The notes beneath the pieces were generated by a model. The model saw only the letters and a program-made list of their open reading frames with translations, was not told the origin of the DNA and searched no databases. Below are positions 1-11,477 of a DNA stretch of 64,000 nt, in pieces. Within the stretch, counting starts at the first letter, position 1, and the number at the start of each line of letters is the position of its first letter. Source of the DNA: Dictyostelium discoideum (taxonomy: Eukaryota); contig CM000151.3 of assembly GCA_000004695.1 (NCBI GenBank), positions 4,960,001 through 5,024,000 on the forward strand. Direction: 5' to 3'. The position numbers were made by a program, and so were the translations under genes.

Positions 1-650
1 ATCTTCAATTTTTTTGGTTCTATATGGTTGACTATTAAAGTGTTTATTATATAATCTTAAATGATATAAAATTTCATTCCTTATTACAAGATTCCTCCAA
101 ATTTTTAAAAAAATATCATTATTCTTTAATGATATAAATTGTTCATTTTCAATTTCAAATTTTCTTTTTTTGTTGTTCATTATATTAATAGAGTTTATTT
201 TATAATAAAAAAAAAAAAAAAAAAAAAATTAAATATCAGAAAAAAAAAAAAATGAAAAAAAAAAAAAATAAAAAAAAAAAAAAAAAATAAACCCCAAACC
301 TATCGTACCAATTTCCAAGAGATGTTTCAAAACAATTTAAAGTGTGGTAAGATTTTCGAATTCTTATTTGGTTTCAAACACCTCAGAATTATGTTCAACT
401 ATTTAAAATCGCAGGTTATCCAATATTTCATACTGATGGTAAAGATTGTATTGCTTAACTAATCGGTTGGTTTTCCTTTTTTTATTTTTTTTTTTTTATT
501 TTTTTTTTTTTTATATTTTAAGAAATTCAAAAAAAAACAAAACAATTTTATTTCTTTAAATAAATGATAAAGTAAGGTTTGATATTGACATTATTTGTAT
601 TTTTTTAAATAATTTATTTTTACATTTTATTATATTTTAAATTTTTTTTT

Positions 651-683
<33 letters not shown>

Positions 684-810
684 TTTATTAATTATTTTTA
701 ATTATTATTATAAATTATTAATAATTATTTATTATTTATTAATTATTATTTTTTTTAAAAAAATTAATTATTAATTTTTTTTTTTTTTTTTTTTATTTAT
801 AAAATTAATT

Positions 811-2554
811 TTATTCTTGAGGAATACCACTTATACTTGAAGATAAGCCTAAAGATTCATCTAAACCTAAACCTTCTTCAATTGATTTTACTAAATTATT
901 AATATATTTTTTAGTTACTCTAACTCTATTTTTCATATCTTCAGCATTTATTAAAGCAACATTAATATAAACAGATTCAGAGAGTTCTTCAGTGATACCT
1001 TCAGCATTTGCTTGTTGATATTCGAAAAATGTTTTACCAGCTACATTATCAGATAAATAGAAACCGAAAACATAAGTATACTTTAGAATACGTCTACATT
1101 CAATTAACAATTCAATTGCCTCTTGAAGGAAATCTGGATTTAAATTTGCCAATTCTCTGTATTGATTCATTTTATCTTCCATTTCTTCATCTCTCATTTT
1201 GATTGCATGTTTCATTAACATATCATGATTGAAATAACGAGTGAAATAGTGAAGAAAACGATCAGATTCCTGTTTGACAATGGCAGCACTTTCATCTGCT
1301 TTCTTACCTTCAGAGACTTCATACTTGTTACAACTATAGAAACCACCAGTATGTTGACCATGAGTTTTCCAATCTCCACGACACATCCAACACCATTCAC
1401 CACCACAACCACCTTGTTCCTTACGACAAATGATATGATTGCAACCCATTATACGTTCGGTTGGCATACCACAATGATAACAAGGTTTACAAGTTGATTT
1501 TATAAGTTTTAAACTCTCTTGATCATTGCTATTCTTTGATTTCCATTCAACAAGTTGAGCACAACTAACTGGATTATGTTTTTCACTTCCACAAGAGAAA
1601 CAAAATCTAGTACCACAATGACATTCAACCACATCATTGGGTCTACCAACACCACTATATCTAATAGCATTTCCACATGATGGATTTGGACAAAACTCTA
1701 AATTCTTATTATTACCAACGAAATCCTTGCAAATGAAATACCAATAACGAGAGTAGTCACGATCCGATGCTAAATCTTTCCAATTCTCATAGGTTAACTT
1801 TCCATTACATAATGGATAAATACATTTACTATGAATGATTTCACCACCACAAGTTTGCATCTCTTGATGAAGATAACTCTTCCAACATCCCTTACAATAT
1901 GGACCATGGCCACATGATAAACTATAGAAACTATCATCATTTGATTGATTTTCAAAACAAACAATACAAACTGAATTGGTTGGATACTTTGTAATTTGTT
2001 CATTCGCCAAGATAATACCTGCATTCTTACAAACCCTTTCTGGATCTTCAAAATATTCACCACTTAAAACTCTATCCAAATCCCATTTAAAATATTGTAA
2101 CAATAGTATTGCATTACCTGAACTTTGGTCGATTTGATCGGATAAAACATTTGCATTATCTTTAATTTGATCTTCTAATCCTTTCTTTTCAAGTATTGTA
2201 AATAATGGTTCATCATCTTCTTCACCTTGATTCTCTTCATCTTCTAAAAACCAATCATTTGGATCATAATCACCTATATCAATATCTGATGCTGTTTCAC
2301 TCATATAACTTGATGTATCATCATTTGAAATATCTAAATTCTTATTTACAAAACTAATTGAATTTAAATATTTTATCATTTTTTCATCAGTTTCACCAGT
2401 TAAATCTCTTGATGATCTACGTAGAGTTTGTTGAACAATTGATGATCTTCTTAAAATTGATGAAAATGATCCTCTTCTTTGTGATTTTCTCATTGGTGAT
2501 GGTGTATTAAATCCATTTGGTTTATATGTTTTAATTGATTCTGAACTTGATTCC

Positions 2555-2556
<2 letters not shown>
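811..2556 (-). CDS. RBR-type E3 ubiquitin-protein ligase, Ariadne family (RING1-IBR-RING2 plus Ariadne C-terminal helical domain); apparently single exon
   Basis: 581-aa ORF. RING1 is CIVCF..CGHGPYCKGCW. The IBR Cys/His cluster is CIYPLCNGK...CPNPSCGNAI...CHCGTRFCFSC. RING2 is CYHCGMPTERIMGCNHIIC..GGCGGEWCWMC. An acidic N-terminus and a C-terminal Ariadne-like region are present. Confidence 0.8.
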
Positions 2557-2605
<49 letters not shown>

Positions 2606-3053
2606 TAATCTAATAAATTAAAAATTTTATTTTATTTTTTTTATTTTATTTTATTTTATTTTATTTATTTATTGTTTAATTATTTGTTTAATTATTTAAT
2701 TAATTATTTAATTGTCTAATTGTTTTATTATTTATTTATTTATTTATTATTATATTTTTTTTTACTATTACCTGTTGATTTTTTTAAAAAAAAAAAAAAA
2801 AAGAAAAAAAAAAAATTAATATAAAAATGGAAATGAAAAAAAGAATATTTTATTAAAAAAAAAATAAAAATAAAATAAAATAAAAAAAAAAAAAAAAGTG
2901 AAAATAAAAATATATTTACAAATTTGGAATTTTTAAGGTTTTTAATTGTAATAACCGATTTTTAATGATATTCAAGTAATGTTATATAAAAATAATAATA
3001 GTAAATCCTCTTTTTTTTTTAAATATATAAATAAAGGGATATTAGGTATGTTG

Positions 3054-3084
<31 letters not shown>

Positions 3085-3559
3085 TAATATTTTTTTTTAT
3101 TGAATGAATAATTATAAATAAACACAAAATATATTAAAAAATAATTATTTTTAAAAAAAAAAAAAATAGAAAAAAAAAAAAAAGATAAAATAAAAAAATA
3201 AAATAAAAAAATAAAAAAAAAAAAAAAAAAAAAAAAAAAGATAAATGAAAATGTGTGTTGTGTGTGGGAATATTTTTTAAAATATCTCACACAATGAAAC
3301 TAAACTCTTTTAATATAAACCCTAAAAAAAAAACACCACTAATTTTGGTTGTATCTGGAAATAACTTTTTTTTTTTAAAACCACAATTTTTAGTGGTCCT
3401 TTTTCTTTAATTTGTCAATATCTAATTTTTAATCCAATCCCAATTTTAAATATTTTCAAATGTAAACTACTTATTTTAAATTTTTATTTTAATTTTAATT
3501 TTTTTTTGTTTTAAACTAAAAAGCTAAACCATTTTTTTTATTTATTTTATTTTAATTTT

Positions 3560-3600
<41 letters not shown>

Positions 3601-3653
3601 TTTTATTATTATTAATTATTATCATTTTTTTTTTTGTTGTGGACATAATTTAT

Positions 3654-3888
3654 TTAATCTATTCCAAAATTCATTTGATGGTATTTCATTATCATTTTTT
3701 CAGTACAATTTTTATCATAATATCTCTTTGGTACATTTTTTAAATCCTCTTCATTTAAATAACCAATAAAAAATTTATTTAATTTTTTAAAAGATTCATC
3801 TGTTCTATGATAAATTTCGAAATAAAATGCACAATCTCTATCTAAACCACTTAGAATTGTATCACCACCTGGATGTTTATCAATCCAT
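3654..3888 (-). CDS. Cytochrome b5-like domain protein, exon 2 (AG acceptor at 3890-3889; TAA stop at 3654-3656); total ~168 aa
   Basis: The hand translation of the minus strand continues in frame after a 111-nt AT-rich intron: (K)WIDKHPGGDTILSGLDRDCAFYFEIYHRTDESFKKLNKFFIGYLNEEDLKNVPKRYYDKNCTEKMIMKYHQMNFGID*. The HPGG heme-ligand motif is present. Confidence 0.6.
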
Positions 3889-3944
3889 CTTTTTTTTTTT
3901 TTTTTTTTTTTTCCAGAAAATAAATAAATAAAATTAATAAATTA

Positions 3945-3975
<31 letters not shown>

Positions 3976-3999
3976 ATTTAATTAATTTTTATACATTAC

Positions 4000-4271
4000 T
4001 TTGTAACATCATAAATACAATTATCAAGTATCATCCAAAAATCATCACTTTTTTGATGTTGTAAAACTTGTTCTAATGAGTAATAATTATTTTTTCTAAG
4101 TGATAATAAATTTAAATATTTAATTAATTGATCATTTAAACCCAATACACCTAAATCTTTTGTAATTTCTAACATTTCATTTAAATAATCTTCTTCTACT
4201 TTTTCTTTAAATGTATATTGAATTTTTTCATAATCTTCTAAATGCTCTTCAACCCATTCAACATAATCCAA
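4000..4271 (-). CDS. Cytochrome b5-like heme-binding domain protein, exon 1 (phase-2 end; GTAATG donor at 3999-3994)
   Basis: The ORF-track 91-aa ORF ends ...CIYDVTK. Splicing to exon 2 yields ...NCIYDVTKWIDKHPGGDTIL, the classic cyt-b5 motif (VYDVTKFxxxHPGG). Confidence 0.65.
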
Positions 4272-5139
4272 TACTTTAATTTATTATTTTAAAAATAATA
4301 AAAACAAATAAATAAACAAATAAATAAATAAACAAATAAATAAATAAATAAATAAACAAATAAATAAAAAATTAATTAGATAAATTTAAAAATACTTATT
4401 AAAAAAAAAAAAAAAAAAAATAAAAAAATAAAAAATGAAAAAAAAAATGAAAACAAAAAAAAAATCTACTAACAAAAATCAATATATTGTGAGTCTATAT
4501 TTATATTAAATTTATCATTATCATTATTATTTTGAATATTAATTGAAGTTATTAATTGTTTTGTTGTTGATGAAACTTCAATTTCTTCATTGTCTAGTGT
4601 TATCAGTGTTATAAATTTCATAATTTTTTAATTTTGTTTTTTTTTTTTTTTTTTTTTTTTTTTTTCGGTATTAATTTTCAAACTTTTTTTTTGATTGCCA
4701 ATTGTTTTCTTAAAATTAGAATAGCCCTCGAAAATTAAAGAAAAAAAAAAAATCGTGAGTTGGATTTTTTTTTTTTATTTTTTTTAATTTTTTATTTTTT
4801 AAGCTTTTTTTTTTCTCTCTTTTTTTTTTTTTTTTTTTAAAAAATACAAACGTCATTAAAATTTTAAAATTTTTTTGATATTTAATTCTTTTTTCTTTTT
4901 TTCCACTACAGATTTAAAAAAAAAAAAAAATTCAAAAATAAAAAAAAAACAAAAATAAAAAAAAAAAAAAAAAAACAACACTCACATATTAAAATTAACT
5001 ATCAAAAAATAAATAAATAATAATAATTTAAATAAATATTCTTATTATTATTATTATAATTATATTTATAATTAGATATATTTTTTTTTATTTTTTTATT
5101 TTTTTTCAAAGAAATTAATAAAAAATTAATAAAAAAAAA

Positions 5140-5913
5140 ATGATAGATCATAATAATATTATAATTGGTAATTCAATTAATAGTAAAACATTTTCATTAA
5201 TTGAATCAGTAAAGAATGGTAAATTAAAAGAATGTATTGGATATTTAGAAAAGATTAGATTACAAAATCCGTCATTAGATTTAGGAGAAATAATAAATAG
5301 TGGTGATGACTGTGGCAATACAGCATTGCATTGGGCATGTTATAAGAAATGGTATGATATTGTAAAGTATTTACTATCGATGGGGGCCGACCCGAATATA
5401 GCAAACACTGATGAATTACAAACACCATTTCAATGGGCATGCATCGGTGGTGATCTCCACATAGTGAAATACGTACTCAACAATGGCGGCGACCCACACC
5501 TCCAAGACAAGCGTGGCTACAATTCACTAATTCACGCCACACAGTATAATGAAATCAGCGTAGTTCGTTATCTGTTGGATAAAGGCGGTGTAAATGTAGA
5601 CTCGCCCGATTTCCTACAAAAAACGTCTCTCCACTGGGCTGCCTACCAAGGTCATACCCAACTCCTACTCTTTCTAGTCAACAAAGGTGCCGACATCAAC
5701 GCCTTGGACTCCCTCGGCCGTTCTCCATTGCATTGGGCTGCCTTCAAAGGTAACTCTGACCCAATTAAAGCACTCTGTGATTTTGGATCAAAAACTATGG
5801 AAAAAGATTCAAACAATCAATCTCCATCTGACATCTGTTCTTCTCAAAATCATAATTATCTCGCTCATTTCATTAAAACATTTAATTATCATCCATTTAG
5901 AAAAGTTGGTCCT
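5140..5913 (+). CDS. Ankyrin-repeat DHHC-type palmitoyltransferase (Akr1/HIP14-like), exon 1 (ankyrin repeats; GTATGT donor at 5914)
   Basis: 258 codons with at least 5 ankyrin repeats (GNTALHWACYKK.., TPFQWACIGGDLHIVKYVLNNGGDP.., SLIHATQYNE.., TSLHWAAYQGH.., SPLHWAAFKGN). The 82-nt intron 5914-5995 ends AAAG. Confidence 0.75.
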
Positions 5914-5995
5914 GTATGTACTTCTTTTATTACTACTACTATTATTATCATCACATATTTATTAATATATATACTAATATATATTTTATATAAAG

Positions 5996-6584
5996 TTATT
6001 ATATAATATATTTTGGATTATTTTTGCAATTTTATTACAATTATATTTTGGATTTATATTTTATCATTTTACATTAATACCAGCATTGATATTATTTGGA
6101 GCAAGTTTAACATGTTGCAAATTATTTATTGAACCAATTACATTGTCAAATTCACCAAATCCATTATTACCAACATGGATGATAACTTCATTTACGGTGT
6201 CATTCGTATACTATGTTAGATATGTGGTACCAGCATTTCCAAATATAATTCTAACACATACGATCACATTGTTTGTTTATTCAAGTTACTATTATTGTGC
6301 ATTTAAATTGTTTTTCAGTGATCCTGGTACGGTTTCCTCTTCTACGACATCACAAGATTCAAAGGATTTCATTAATGCCGTCGAAAAGGAATTGGAAATA
6401 CCAGAGGTTTGTTCAACTTGTTTAATCAATAAACCAATTCGTGCAAAACATTGTAGAACTTGTAAAAGATGTGTAGCAAGATTCGATCATCATTGTGCTT
6501 GGATTAATAATTGTGTTGGTGTAAATAATAATTTATTATTCATAATTTTATTATGTTTATTCAGTTTAGCTTATATTATTAGTG
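5996..6584 (+). CDS. Ankyrin-DHHC palmitoyltransferase, exon 2 (TM helices plus DHHC-CRD: [37 protein letters not shown]); donor GTAACT at 6585 (alternative GTAATG at 6603)
   Basis: The frame is open from 5978. The DHHC Cys-rich domain is present, with hydrophobic segments before and after it. The exon ends in phase 1 and joins exon 3 (TA+ATG...). Confidence 0.65.
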
Positions 6585-6697
6585 TAACTTTTAATTTTAA
6601 ATGTAATGTATTAATTAAAAATATATATATATTAATATCTATATATATTTATATATATACTAATATTTTTAAAAATAATAATAATATTATTTTTTAG

Positions 6698-7413
6698 TAA
6701 TGTCAATTGATGAGAATTCGCCATTATATTCAGAAGGTAAAATGGAATGGTGGACATATCACTATTCAACTTATAAAGGTTTAATTTTATTTACAATTTA
6801 TAAATCATTCATTATGGCATGGTTAGCAAGATTATTATATGTACAAATAACTGGTGTAATTAATAATGTCACAATGTTTGAATTAATGAAACCACCAAAA
6901 GGTTCAAAGAAGAAATGTTGTAATCATGCTCCACAAGATCAAAATAATAATAATAATAATAATAATACTACTACTAATAATAGTAGTAGTAGCAGTAGTA
7001 GCAATAATAATAGTACAGGTACAAATAATGATAATAATAATAATAATAATTTAGGTACAAGTAGTAATGAAAGTGGTCAATCAAATTGTAATATTGATCA
7101 ACATAATGATCATGATGGTCAATCAAGTGAACCATTATTAAATGAAGTTTCAATTCAAATTCGTAGTGAAAATGGAGTTGAGGAGGATGATGATGATGAA
7201 AATAATAAAAATCCTTCAAATAAATCATTTAATAAAAACTCTAGAGATTTAGATCCAACTCAAACTAATTTTAGAGATTCAATTTTAATTCCAAAAAGAA
7301 CAAATAATAATGAAAATCCATATGATAAAGGTTCAAGAGAAAATATTAGAGAATTCCTTTATGATACTTCAAAATGGTTTAGAACTACAACTTTTAGTAA
7401 TAAAAACTTTTAA
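6698..7413 (+). CDS. Ankyrin-DHHC palmitoyltransferase, exon 3 (post-DHHC TM segments and N/S-rich C-terminal tail)
   Basis: The AG acceptor is at 6696-6697. It is followed by (V)MSIDENSPLYSEGKMEWWTYHYSTYKGLILFTIYKSFIMAWLARLLYVQITGVINNVTMFELMKPPKG... and an Asn/Ser-rich tail. The stop is at 7411-7413. Confidence 0.65.
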
Positions 7414-7699
7414 AAAAAAAAAAAAAAAAACATATTTGTTTTTTTAAGATTCGATTTAAAAAAAAAAAAAAAAAAACCACAAGAAATAACTTTATGTTTT
7501 AAATTTATTTGTTATTAATGAAAGGGTTTCAGTTTTAAAATTTTTAAGATGTTTGAAGGTGGAAAGCCTTTGAAACACTGCATTAGACTGATCCATTTTT
7601 TTTTTTTTTTGGGATTAGTCTGTTAGATTCTCAAAATCCTTGAGTATGTTTGGAGGCAAATGGCCAAAAAAAAAAAAAATGTAGAAAAAAGTGGAAAAA

Positions 7700-7713
7700 A
7701 TATATTTTACGAA
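7700..7713. repeat. Target-site duplication (3'-side copy) of the TRE3-like element: CGAAGTTCGAATTT
   Basis: It is identical to 12842-12855 and abuts the element poly(A) (plus-strand poly-T). Confidence 0.7.
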
Positions 7714-7850
7714 GTTCGAATTTTTTTTTTTTTTTTTTTTGATATAAATAAACTATTGTAGTATACAATTAGTATGTTATTTTTATTTATTTATTTTAGG
7801 TTTTTTAGTTTTTGTGAATTTAAAATAGTATGTTATTTTAGATTAGGTAA

Positions 7851-10800
7851 TTAATAATTAATTGGTGGTGTAATTGTTGGAATTGGTTCATTTGTGTTTA
7901 TGCTCCATTCTTTTTTAAATTTTTTGATGGTTTCGGACCATTGGGTTTCTTTTTGAGTTTTTGTGAGGTTGTTTTTAATTGAGAATTGGTTAAAGTTTGA
8001 TAACCTTCTTGAATATTCCAATCTTATTAGCTTGTGCCATTTTGATTTTAATATATCATAATCTAGTGTTGTGTTGTTTATTTGGTTGTTCCAATTGTCA
8101 ATTGATTGAGTTATATTGATGTCAAATAATGATTTGCATAACCATATCCATATTTGGTGAATAACTAATGAGATTATGTTCCAATATGCATGTGTTCTGA
8201 CTAGATCAAGATTTGTGTTTATATAATTCCAGTTGAACCTGTATTTTTTATATTGTGCGTTTTCTGCAAAATGAAAATTAATATTGATAGTTGGATCTGG
8301 TTTAAATGCTTTGTTGTTTGTTTGTGGTTTATAAATGAGTGTGTATAATTTTGTTGTTTGGTTTTTTGTTAGTGACCAGTTTTTGTTTCCATTGCAATTT
8401 TTATATATAAAATATTTTAATTTGTCGTGGTTAATGAAGTTGATTGTGTGCTGACAATTGAAAAACAAATGACCATAGGGATCATTATTCATTTCATTGT
8501 TGCAAATGGGGCAAACTTTGTTGTGTAGATGATTAATCGGAAGACATCTAGCATGGAATCTTTGCATTGTATCTCGGCCTTTTGGATCTTTTAATTTTTG
8601 AATTTTGACAAAAAGTTGGTCGTATGTGTATTTCCATAATAGTTGTATTGATTGTTGGTGCGAAGTAAGAAGTAGATCTGAATATTTCTTGCCAATATAG
8701 TCTTTTGATTTGCATTGGTGATTGTTTAGTATTGTCGAGTAGATTTCTTTGAGTGTTGGTGGTAGTGAAATATTATTTGTGTTTAATGTTTGAGAGGGTT
8801 GGTTTTTTGTTAATATTGGTTGTAGGATTTGAACTTTATCTTTTAGATGTCCAATTTGAGTTGCATAGTTTTCCCATTCTTTTTTTATTTTTATAAGGTA
8901 TGGAGAAGAGATTGATTTGTTGATGATTTGATCCATCCAACTTATCATGTATATTGAATTGTTTGCAGATTTATGCATTTGTAAAAATCTGTTGTATATC
9001 CAAATCTTTTGAGCAACTTGTCGTAATTGGATATTCCACATACCCCAACCTCCTTCTTTTAATGGTTTTAATGATCTATCATAACACATCAAAGGTATTT
9101 TTGCACGTGAATGGATGGTTGATGTGTTGTTTTCAATGGAATTGGTATCGAGAGTTGGTGATTCAGAATTTGCGGGAGAATTCATAAACCATGAGATTAA
9201 TTTATTAATTTGAATTTCTTCATCTTTTTTGGTTATTGGAATTCTTTTTGATTGTGGAATGTTGTTTATTATGTGTTTATCAGTGATTTTGTGGGGGTTG
9301 ATTTCTATTATTGCACTTTTGTCAAAATTTAAAGATGATGATGTTGAAGCGCAGAAATTATCGAAATGTTTGATTGATTGTTGTTGTTGTTCGTAGTTGA
9401 TGTTGTATGTTGTAGAGTCGTCTGCAAATTGGGTAAATTTGATTTTAATTTGTGGATTGGGTGAAATTGGTAATCCAATTATTGAATTGTCTGCATTTAT
9501 TGTTCTTGCTAATATTTCAATTACAATTACAAATAAAGTGGCTGAGATTGGGTCACCTTGTTTTACACCTCTTTTAATATCGAATTTTCTGGTCGTTTTA
9601 CCATTAATTGAAATTTTTGCTTGTGAGTCAGATAATAGCTTGTGGATTAAATTTATTAATTTTATTGGTATACCAATATGAATTAATGTTCTTTTAATGC
9701 TATCGTGAGAGATAGAATCAAATGCTTTAAAGAAGTCAAATAGTGTGATGATACCAGGGAGGTTTTTAGATTTGAGGTAATTGATTAATTCATTGATGTT
9801 GATGATGTTGTCTATGATGAATCTGTGGGGTACGAAACCAGTTTGGTTGTTGTTGATGATGAAAGGAAGTATTCTCAGAAGACGTGCATTGATTACTTTT
9901 GAGAGGATCTTGTAATCAGTGTTTAGAAGTGTAATGGGACGACGATTTGATATGAGTAAGGGGTTGCCTTTCTTGTATATTGTGTGTATAAGACCTTCGG
10001 TGAATTCTGTTGTGATGTGGTGAGGATTTTCTAGTATATCGTTGAATAATGTAGTGAGAATTGGTTTAACTTGGTTTAAATGATTAATGTAGAATGCGTT
10101 TGTAACGCCATCTGGACCGGGTGATTTGTTGGGGTTACAGGTTTTAATTGCAGCTTCAACTTCATCTTGTATAAATGGTGAGTCTAAACCATTCCAATAT
10201 TCATTTTTTATGATGGGCCATGTGTTTAGCATGAGCTGGTGAGTAATTGGACAACATATTTGTAAGCTATATAGATTTGTGTAGAATTCAACAAACGCAT
10301 TTTCAATTTGGTCGGGGTCGGATGTAATTATGTTACCATATTGGATTGATTCAATTTTTGCATCTTTTGATCTTTTGTTTAGTATTGCTGATAGATACTT
10401 GCTAGGTATTTCTCCATTTATATGTTTTTTTAATATGTTTGTGTGGTTTTGATGTAATTTGTTTTTGTTACATATAATATTGTATTCAGCGATGCATTGT
10501 TCTTCAAGATGTTTGAATTTTGCTGCTTTTTCTAATAGTATTTGTTTTGCACGTTGAGTTTGTTTGTCTTTGTTATATTGATAGTTTTTTAGAGTTTTAA
10601 TAATTTTTGATTTTACTTTTGACCAGTTTGTAAATTGATTGATTGATGTGTTATTGTGATTAGTTATTAAATGATTGATAATATTGATTGCTTCATGGTC
10701 ATTTGCAGTACCAGGTGATAATATCCATCTTTTCTTATGTTTATTTATTTGAAAAGGTGAAGAAATTGTTGTTGATATTGGATTATGATCTGATAATGAA

Positions 10801-11477
10801 GATGGAATTTGGTGGACTTGTGTATATATATTTTCAGGGTCTATTCTATTGTATTGAGTATATATTCTATCTAATCTGTTGCCATGTGTATGAGTTGGAG
10901 TGTTTTTAAATTCACCTTGATCAATTAGATGGTGTTGGTATGTGTAGGATTGGATAATATCGTCTAATAGTGAATTGTCGTTGTGGATACAGTTGAAATC
11001 TCCTGCGATAATAGATACATGTTGGGATTGGTTTGGTATTGGGTTTGTTGAGTGGTTGTGGAGAAGTGTTTGTAGTGAAGTTGCATATGAATTCTTTTTG
11101 ATGGTATTATTTGATGCTGGTGCGTAAATTCCAAGAATACCAATTGGTAATTGATTTGGAAATATAACGTCTGCTAAAATAGCTCTACCATCAATTGTTG
11201 ATATGTGTTTGAGTTTGAGTGTGTTTGGGTTATGGTTAATGATGATTACACCATTTCCTCGTTTGGTGACAGAGATGATGTGATCGGGAAAATCATGTTT
11301 AAGTTGTAATGGTGATAAATTGAGTTCAGTGAGTATTGAGATTGTTGGACGAGGTGGAAGTTTTGATATAAGTAGTTGTAGTGTGTCAACAGCTTTTTGG
11401 TAGGAATTGTGTTGATTGTTTGGGTTTTCAGTGAATCCTCTACAATTCCATGTTATAAAGTTGATTTTTGAGCTCAT
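7851..11477 (-). CDS. Retrotransposon ORF2: apurinic-type endonuclease + reverse transcriptase + C-terminal Cys/His zinc knuckle (1208 aa, intact)
   Basis: The N-terminus is ITWNCRGF... (APE/EEP-like). The RT motifs are LLNTDYKILSK..., GFVPHRFI, and FTQFADDSTTY (FADD). The C-terminal motif is CPICNNEMNNDPYGHLFFNC.H. Its ATG overlaps the ORF1b stop (ATGA). Confidence 0.85.
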   Translation of the reverse strand: MSSKINFITWNCRGFTENPNNQHNSYQKAVDTLQLLISKLPPRPTISILTELNLSPLQLKHDFPDHIISVTKRGNGVIIINHNPNTLKLKHISTIDGRAILADVIFPNQLPIGILGIYAPASNNTIKKNSYATSLQTLLHNHSTNPIPNQSQHVSIIAGDFNCIHNDNSLLDDIIQSYTYQHHLIDQGEFKNTPTHTHGNRLDRIYTQYNRIDPENIYTQVHQIPSSLSDHNPISTTISSPFQINKHKKRWILSPGTANDHEAINIINHLITNHNNTSINQFTNWSKVKSKIIKTLKNYQYNKDKQTQRAKQILLEKAAKFKHLEEQCIAEYNIICNKNKLHQNHTNILKKHINGEIPSKYLSAILNKRSKDAKIESIQYGNIITSDPDQIENAFVEFYTNLYSLQICCPITHQLMLNTWPIIKNEYWNGLDSPFIQDEVEAAIKTCNPNKSPGPDGVTNAFYINHLNQVKPILTTLFNDILENPHHITTEFTEGLIHTIYKKGNPLLISNRRPITLLNTDYKILSKVINARLLRILPFIINNNQTGFVPHRFIIDNIININELINYLKSKNLPGIITLFDFFKAFDSISHDSIKRTLIHIGIPIKLINLIHKLLSDSQAKISINGKTTRKFDIKRGVKQGDPISATLFVIVIEILARTINADNSIIGLPISPNPQIKIKFTQFADDSTTYNINYEQQQQSIKHFDNFCASTSSSLNFDKSAIIEINPHKITDKHIINNIPQSKRIPITKKDEEIQINKLISWFMNSPANSESPTLDTNSIENNTSTIHSRAKIPLMCYDRSLKPLKEGGWGMWNIQLRQVAQKIWIYNRFLQMHKSANNSIYMISWMDQIINKSISSPYLIKIKKEWENYATQIGHLKDKVQILQPILTKNQPSQTLNTNNISLPPTLKEIYSTILNNHQCKSKDYIGKKYSDLLLTSHQQSIQLLWKYTYDQLFVKIQKLKDPKGRDTMQRFHARCLPINHLHNKVCPICNNEMNNDPYGHLFFNCQHTINFINHDKLKYFIYKNCNGNKNWSLTKNQTTKLYTLIYKPQTNNKAFKPDPTININFHFAENAQYKKYRFNWNYINTNLDLVRTHAYWNIISLVIHQIWIWLCKSLFDINITQSIDNWNNQINNTTLDYDILKSKWHKLIRLEYSRRLSNFNQFSIKNNLTKTQKETQWSETIKKFKKEWSINTNEPIPTITPPINY

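Noticed and set aside
3042-3290. ORF of poly-Phe/Lys (82 aa) on the minus strand
   Set aside because: It is a translation of poly(A)/poly(T) intergenic tracts with no complexity.
4480-4621. 49-aa minus-strand ORF (MKFITLITLDNEEIEVSSTTKQL...) upstream of the cyt-b5 gene
   Set aside because: It is too short and low-complexity to support without expression data. It may be a chance ORF or an unrecognised leader peptide.
6974-7228. Minus-strand ORF rich in Tyr/His (84 aa) inside DHHC exon 3
   Set aside because: It is an antisense reading of the (AAT)/(AGT) coding microsatellite of the real plus-strand gene.
7414-7713. A possible additional gene or ncRNA between the DHHC gene's 3' end and the TRE poly(A) (GC-richer stretch 7500-7680)
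   Set aside because: There is no ORF or fold signal that I can support. It is most likely the TRE 3' UTR (C-module-like) sequence.
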